A stretch of 41,960 bases of DNA from Promethearchaeota archaeon (GTDB lineage: Archaea > Asgardarchaeota > Thorarchaeia > Thorarchaeales > Thorarchaeaceae), in the NCBI GenBank assembly GCA_014728035.1, contig WJMJ01000072.1, positions 1 through 41,960 on the forward strand. The letters are read 5' to 3'. Below, piece after piece: positions 36,432 through 41,960 of this stretch. Below the pieces are notes generated by a model, which was not told the DNA's origin, did no database searches, and saw nothing but the letters and a program-made list of their open reading frames with translations. The first letter of the stretch is position 1. Every line of letters starts with the position of its first letter. The position numbers and the translations under genes are program-made.

Positions 36432-37598
36432 ATGCCAGATGTAAATGTGATTGGAGTTGGAATGACACCTTTTGGAGTGCTTGAAGATGGGATAACTGAT
36501 TTAGCAATCCAGGCTGCCATGGAAGCTATGATGGACTCGTCAACACTAGAATACTCTTTTGACCGGCTTGTCGTAGGCTCTCAGAATCCGGATGAGTTCA
36601 CAGAAAAGGGTCATTTATCTACCCTACTTGCAGATCGTCTTGGTCTGGTTCCTGCAGGTGCAACTCGTGTTGAAACAGGCCCATCTTCTGGCTCTAGTGC
36701 TTTTGAAACTGGTTATGCTATGGTTGCATCTGGACTAGCAGAACTCGTTCTTGTAATCGGTGTCGAGAAAATGTCTGCTGTGAAACGTGGCATTGCTTCC
36801 AAAATCCTAGCAAAGATGATGAGTTACGATAACGAAATTCCTTATGGTGCAACTCCTGCTGCTCTTGGTGCTATGGTTGCTCGAAGATATATGCATGATT
36901 ATGGTCTTACTCGTGATGAATTATCTCTGGTTCCGGTGAAGGCTCACAAAAACGGTGCGAAAAACCCGCTTGCTCATTTCCAAAAAGAAGTGACCGTTGA
37001 AAAGGTAAGTAATAGTCGAATTATTGCAGATCCTCTCACCCTATACGATAGTTGTCCTACATCAGACGGAGCGGCTGCAGTTGTGATTGCATCAGATAGT
37101 ATAGTTCGTCAATTAGGCCTGAAAGATCAAGCTATCAAGGTTGTAGGTATTGGACATGGTACTGATTATCATGCAGTACAACATCGCTTGTCGCTAACAT
37201 CTTTCTATGCAACAATTCATGCTGCAAACCTTGCTTTTACCATGGCTGGCATCGAACCTGAGAATGTTGATATATGTGAGATTCATGATGCATTCTCAAT
37301 TCTTGAATTGGTCAATTTGGAAGATTTAGGTTTGGCAGAACGTGGAAACGCAATAGAATCAATCAAGGATGGCACTTCAGAGGTTGGTGGGTCAATGCCT
37401 GTTAATCCAAGTGGGGGTCTCAAATCCCGAGGCCATCCTACAGGAGCTACCGGTATAGCCCAGATTCGTGATTTGGTTCTACAATTACGTGGTCTCTATC
37501 CCACACCCCTCCAAGTAGATGATCCTGAAATTGGACTTGCCCACAATATTGGGGGTTTTGGAAACAATATGCTTGTTACAATTCTAAGTAGAAATTAG
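36432..37598 (+). CDS. SCP-x-type thiolase-family protein lacking the acylation-site cysteine
   Basis: IGVGMTPFG, GVEKMS, NPLAHFQ, PTSDGAAA, EIHDAF, VNPSGGLKSRGHPTGATG, HNIGG. VETGPSSG occupies the position of the usual VExACASG. Confidence 0.9.
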   Translation: MPDVNVIGVGMTPFGVLEDGITDLAIQAAMEAMMDSSTLEYSFDRLVVGSQNPDEFTEKGHLSTLLADRLGLVPAGATRVETGPSSGSSAFETGYAMVASGLAELVLVIGVEKMSAVKRGIASKILAKMMSYDNEIPYGATPAALGAMVARRYMHDYGLTRDELSLVPVKAHKNGAKNPLAHFQKEVTVEKVSNSRIIADPLTLYDSCPTSDGAAAVVIASDSIVRQLGLKDQAIKVVGIGHGTDYHAVQHRLSLTSFYATIHAANLAFTMAGIEPENVDICEIHDAFSILELVNLEDLGLAERGNAIESIKDGTSEVGGSMPVNPSGGLKSRGHPTGATGIAQIRDLVLQLRGLYPTPLQVDDPEIGLAHNIGGFGNNMLVTILSRN

Positions 37599-37833
37599 TT
37601 ACACGTTTCTAGTAAAATTATCAGAATATCGAATTATTGTAACATTTGTACAAAGTTTCCTTATTAATAATCATTTCTTCTTTTTCACTAGAATGAACAA
37701 GGTTTGACAAGAGCACAATTCACTAGGGACAAAGAATTGTGGTCTAATTAAAGGGGTCTGCTTTCGAAAAACACCTTGGTTCTATCGTTAGATGACTCCT
37801 TTTCAGTCGGATATCATAATGGAGTAAAACAAA

Positions 37834-39000
37834 ATGCCAGAAGGACTCGCAGTTCTAAAATGGGATGATGAACTGGGACCCGTGGTTACCTCCAAAACTC
37901 CCAAGAGTCTACAAATAGGTCTGGACCCGACAACTTCAATGCGGGTCTATGGTATTGCCACTCTTGGAGAAACTGAGGAATCACAGAAGCCCGGATTCAA
38001 TTCACTTGCTTTTGATGAGTTTAAGCTCGCGGTGTATTACGGCGGGCTCAATATGCATTTGAAGGGACAACCATCAATGGTTTTCCTAGTTCTTGGTCCT
38101 CATGAGGACCCTGACGTATACAAAGATGCACTTCCTGAAATTGCAACACAGATTTTCTTGAATTTGGACGATGACCAATATACGAAAATGGTTCCAAAGC
38201 TGTACAAGCAGATTTCCAGGTACACCCAGATGACGCCGGAACAAAGACAAGCGTCTATATTGAGTGATCCTGTACGAAGAACACTTCTTCAGACCCTAAT
38301 TCGAAATGGAACCGTCCAAAATGCGGACTTGGAACAGATGATTTTCGAAGAGGTAGGGAAGAAGATAGATGTAGATATGGTTCTACGCCCTCTTGTCAAG
38401 ATGGGTATCATCGCGACTGGTTGGGTAGAAGGACTTTCTTCTGAAGTCGTATATCTCACTCGTGCGATTCTTATCTTGAGAAAGACTCCAATAGAAACCC
38501 TGCGGCAAGTAAAGGCAGGAAAGATTTCCACAGCAGTTGCAAAACAGTTTTTGGAAACTACAAAACGATATCATCGTGAATATGTGTCCAAGCTTAGAAA
38601 AGACCTCTCTGAAACTATATGGAATGAGGCTGAAGAGCTTGCAAAACACATGCTTGATTTTCAAGTTTATGACTTACTACAAATTCTTCGAGAAGGACCT
38701 CAAGTTTCTGAAGATCTTCTCGGAATGCTTGACATCACTCAGGCTGGATTGAGAAAACTGCTAAAGAAACTAGAGAAGAATGGAATTCTCATCACTGTTA
38801 ATGATGAAGAAGGTAGGCAACATGTTCTACTGAAGAGCAGTCCAGAAGTTGTGACTGTCTATCCTGAGTGGCTGATTGAACGAACTGTGTCTCTGTATAA
38901 CGCAGAGGAAATTCCGAGTCGCCAAGCATTACATTACTTGGAGGTTCTCAAACAGTTCCATCCATCACAGGCCACCAAAATGGTTACGGGGGTAGAGTAA
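37834..39000 (+). CDS. Longin/uDENN-like N-terminal domain plus two predicted winged-helix segments (NPRL2-like architecture)
   Basis: N-terminus GLAVLKWDDELGPVVTSKTP. wHTH-like ILSDPVRRTLLQTL...LRPLVKMGII and YDLLQILREGP...GLRKLLKKLEKNGIL. Confidence 0.65.
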   Translation: MPEGLAVLKWDDELGPVVTSKTPKSLQIGLDPTTSMRVYGIATLGETEESQKPGFNSLAFDEFKLAVYYGGLNMHLKGQPSMVFLVLGPHEDPDVYKDALPEIATQIFLNLDDDQYTKMVPKLYKQISRYTQMTPEQRQASILSDPVRRTLLQTLIRNGTVQNADLEQMIFEEVGKKIDVDMVLRPLVKMGIIATGWVEGLSSEVVYLTRAILILRKTPIETLRQVKAGKISTAVAKQFLETTKRYHREYVSKLRKDLSETIWNEAEELAKHMLDFQVYDLLQILREGPQVSEDLLGMLDITQAGLRKLLKKLEKNGILITVNDEEGRQHVLLKSSPEVVTVYPEWLIERTVSLYNAEEIPSRQALHYLEVLKQFHPSQATKMVTGVE

Positions 39001-41960
39001 ATGGATAACAAATTTAAACTTTCAATTATGATTTTCCTAGCAGTACTTCTTATTCTTCCAGCAAGTAATGGGACTCCTATTGCAAACACATCTAATGCTG
39101 ATGGATTCACAATGGATTCACCATTATCAATGCATAATGGAGAAATGGAGATTGCTGAGGTACAAGATTTAGCAAATTGGTGGAACTCGACCTATATCTA
39201 TCGTAGGTATTTCAACTTTACAGAACCTGGAGTTTCTGACAGAACTTTGGTTCCTGTTCATGTTGACCTGACTTTCGAGGATGGCCATTGTTATGATGGT
39301 TCCCTTCGAGCACTCTACTATGATAATAGTTCAGAAACATGGACAGAGCTTCCATTTCAAGTCTGGAATGTATCTTATTATTCTGCTGAATTTATTCAGT
39401 CAGCAACCGTCACATTCTCAGTCAATGTCACTCAAGGTACTCTTGATTGGAATTACTATGTATATTATGCAAAGGTTGATGTCGGAACTGTCAGTTATCC
39501 TGACTACTATCCTTTTGTCTACAAGAGCTATACCTTCTCACTTATCGAAATGGTCTCATATTACGACAACAACAATTACTATGTCGAGATGTGGGATGAT
39601 GCTAACGACTTATGGGATGATCCCAGAAATCTAGATTCAGAATGGTCAAGTGGAACTGTGTACGTTTCCAGCGTTCCAGATGGTACGTTAAATAAACTGG
39701 AGAACGCTAGGTATGAACCAAATTCATACGGTGGCGGAGACTTCTATGGATTCTATGCGGTTTATTCAAATTATCCAATGGCTGTTCAAATGGGTCAGGG
39801 TGATGAGGGTAGCAATCCTGCAATCAACGACTGGTTCCCAGGCGTTGACCAACTAGGTGTTGGAGTAGGTCACGAGTTTATCCTCGGTGGTGTAGAAGGT
39901 TTTGATGATAGAAACGAGGGGACTTATTGGATTCAAGCTATGGAGAACAATACAGAAATTTATGAATGGGATGCAACTGGTCTTACCAGTGACTTCTCAC
40001 TTTGGGAATTCTTTGATGGCTCAGCTGTTACAGAATGGCCAGCAGTTCTTGATGCTGGTGAATATATTGCAAAGCGACAAGTCGACTACAATGTTATTAC
40101 CATGGTCAATTCAACAAATCGAATATCATTCCGTGCTGGTGACGTTGATGCTTCTTTTGCAAGAGATGTATGGGGATGTTATTCCGCAGTTAATGGTCAA
40201 TTAGCTGGAGAAGAATTCTACATTATTGATATGGGTAACTCACGAGATTACATACGAGTAACCAATCTTGGTGATGCTACCGTGGATGTAGATTGGCGTC
40301 GAAACGATGGGTCTGGTTGGACTTCATGGACTACTATTTCTATTGCAGCAAATAGCTCATCTTTGATTGCTCGTGGCGTCGCATCTGACTCGAATCCCGA
40401 GGATGTAACTCATATCCGTGGTGAATCTGGTGCTATGCTTATGGTTGAGGGTCTATATAATCCTACAACCCAGGCAGACTCTGGAGATTGGATGCCAAGC
40501 CTAACAGGTGATCGTTTTGGTACCAACTTCAAGGTATGGGGTATCAGTCAATACAAGTTCTTCATAGTTGCTCAGGAAGATGCTCTGGTTGACATAACCG
40601 GATATAACAATGGCCAACTTGAAATTCCCGCAGGAGGTTGCGGTGTCTTTAGAACACTTTCTTCCTCTATGTCTTTGTATCATATTAATTCAAATGCTAC
40701 TATCAGTGTTGTGGATGTCGGTCGGTTCTCGACTAGCGCTCCTTATGCGCCTTCCGGAGATACTGGATACGGTTGGATGGTTCCATCTTATCATTCTGAT
40801 ATTGATCAAGCTGGACTAATTGCTGAATATGGTGAAGAAGTCCATCTATTTGAGTTTGATATTACAATTGTGGATGTTGATGGACAACCCATAGAAGGAG
40901 TAGCTGTCAGCTTACATAATGCTACAACTGGTACTCTTTGGACAGACGATCAGGGTGGCACTAGAACTGGAATAACCGATGCAACCGGGCTTGTTATTTT
41001 TGAAGGTCTTGATAATGCGACCTACGAAATACAAACAAGTATTGATGCAAAAGAGTGGCTAGGTGGATTTACAGACTATTCTGCAGTTTGGGTTAGAAAT
41101 GACTCCAATCATGAAATAACTGGTTCTGTGACTCCGGTTACAATCATCATGCCTATGGGTAGTTTCGATATTCATGCTACTGACCTGATGGGTGATGATT
41201 TAACAAAGACCGCTGATGAAACACTCTATTTGCGTGCTTCAAATGATACCAGTGTTACAAATGATGGTACTACTAATTACATATATACATCAGAAGTGAA
41301 TAGTACAGGATGGGCAAGTTTCTATAGGATTCCAGTGGATGATTATAGTTTCTTTGCAAGATATTCTGGTCCTGTTGAATCCTATGATTATGACGACCTT
41401 CTGAAATTCGCTAACTGGTCACTTTCCACAACCGATTTTGGTAACACTCCAGCATTCTATTGGGACATTCCTCTAGTTACTTTCACCATCAATGTCCCGT
41501 CTTGGGACGACCAGATGGTTGAGGATGCTACCATCACTGTAAACAACTCTATTGATGACGATGTATACAAAATCACAGAATACAGTGATGCAGATGGAAA
41601 CTTTACATTCTATCGTGTTGTTAATGGAACATGGAATTTGGACGTGTGGATTGCTGATGACTATGATGCAACACAACTGGCTAGAAATAATACCGAATCA
41701 ATTATTGACTTACAAGGTTACACCGAACGAGTCATCGAGATTCCCATATCTAGGTTAATTGTGAATGTCCAAACTGGACCAAATACATTTGTTCAAGGTG
41801 CACAGGTCAATGTGACTCTAGATGGAAGCGGAGCTCTTGTTGCACAGGGAACTACAAACAGCACTGGGCATGTTACATTCTTCTTTATTCACGCAAACAT
41901 GACCGATCCATATTCTGTTGGATTCGACCTGTCGGTGATTGCAGGTATTGAAAGTGCAAC
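39001..41960 (+). CDS. Very large secreted/cell-surface glycoprotein (partial, at least 986 aa; runs off the window)
   Basis: Read by hand and open from ATG 39001 to the end of the window. Signal peptide MDNKFKLSIMIFLAVLLILPA, WWNSTYIYRRYF (DUF2341-like start), internal repeats, CarboxypepD_reg/Cna-B-like units (DVDGQPIEGVAV...TDATGLVIFEGL), many N-x-S/T sequons. Absent from the ORF track because no stop occurs in the window. Confidence 0.92.
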   Translation, partial: MDNKFKLSIMIFLAVLLILPASNGTPIANTSNADGFTMDSPLSMHNGEMEIAEVQDLANWWNSTYIYRRYFNFTEPGVSDRTLVPVHVDLTFEDGHCYDGSLRALYYDNSSETWTELPFQVWNVSYYSAEFIQSATVTFSVNVTQGTLDWNYYVYYAKVDVGTVSYPDYYPFVYKSYTFSLIEMVSYYDNNNYYVEMWDDANDLWDDPRNLDSEWSSGTVYVSSVPDGTLNKLENARYEPNSYGGGDFYGFYAVYSNYPMAVQMGQGDEGSNPAINDWFPGVDQLGVGVGHEFILGGVEGFDDRNEGTYWIQAMENNTEIYEWDATGLTSDFSLWEFFDGSAVTEWPAVLDAGEYIAKRQVDYNVITMVNSTNRISFRAGDVDASFARDVWGCYSAVNGQLAGEEFYIIDMGNSRDYIRVTNLGDATVDVDWRRNDGSGWTSWTTISIAANSSSLIARGVASDSNPEDVTHIRGESGAMLMVEGLYNPTTQADSGDWMPSLTGDRFGTNFKVWGISQYKFFIVAQEDALVDITGYNNGQLEIPAGGCGVFRTLSSSMSLYHINSNATISVVDVGRFSTSAPYAPSGDTGYGWMVPSYHSDIDQAGLIAEYGEEVHLFEFDITIVDVDGQPIEGVAVSLHNATTGTLWTDDQGGTRTGITDATGLVIFEGLDNATYEIQTSIDAKEWLGGFTDYSAVWVRNDSNHEITGSVTPVTIIMPMGSFDIHATDLMGDDLTKTADETLYLRASNDTSVTNDGTTNYIYTSEVNSTGWASFYRIPVDDYSFFARYSGPVESYDYDDLLKFANWSLSTTDFGNTPAFYWDIPLVTFTINVPSWDDQMVEDATITVNNSIDDDVYKITEYSDADGNFTFYRVVNGTWNLDVWIADDYDATQLARNNTESIIDLQGYTERVIEIPISRLIVNVQTGPNTFVQGAQVNVTLDGSGALVAQGTTNSTGHVTFFFIHANMTDPYSVGFDLSVIAGIESA

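Noticed and set aside
37834-39000. ESCRT-II (Vps22/Vps36/Vps25) or plain ArsR regulator assignment because of the winged helices
   Set aside because: The N-terminal WD..LGP....P longin-type motif and absence of neighbouring ESCRT genes fit a longin/NPRL-like protein better; not excluded without structure search.
39281-41758. Several short ORFs listed in the track at the right end
   Set aside because: All are alternative-frame fragments inside the single long ORF starting at 39001.
1-41960. CRISPR array, prophage or defence island
   Set aside because: No regularly spaced repeats, cas, integrase, capsid or recognisable defence genes were seen.

Overview
Archaeal chromosomal segment, most likely from an Asgard archaeon (Thorarchaeota-like). 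This is inferred from three longin-like domain proteins, a GAF/PAS histidine kinase, archaeal split methylmalonyl-CoA mutase and TATA-type promoters. The main theme is a dispersed propionyl-CoA/methylmalonyl-CoA module: a mutase small subunit-MeaB-mutase large subunit-epimerase operon, BirA, a PccB/12S-type carboxyltransferase, a pyruvate/oxaloacetate carboxyltransferase (5S-type) with an unusual C-terminal docking tail, a biotin carrier, a Cys-less thiolase-like protein and a family I CoA-transferase. No biotin carboxylase is present in the window, which suggests an archaeal transcarboxylase. Other genes: FAD oxidoreductase plus CCG/HdrD-like Fe-S partner, DUF998 pair, HAD hydrolase, two small TPR paralogs, threonine aldolase, MFS transporter, Ntn-hydrolase-like protein, RNase HIII-like enzyme, acr3/arsR and an Eis-like GNAT. 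Also present: an internally deleted M3 peptidase pseudogene, a truncated LLM oxidoreductase with a probable IS end, a ~500-nt heavily base-paired intergenic region (candidate ncRNA), and an NPRL2-like longin+winged-helix gene abutting a giant secreted surface protein that runs off the window and is missing from the ORF track. No tRNA, rRNA or CRISPR array was recognised. All family assignments are by-eye motif recognition, not database results.
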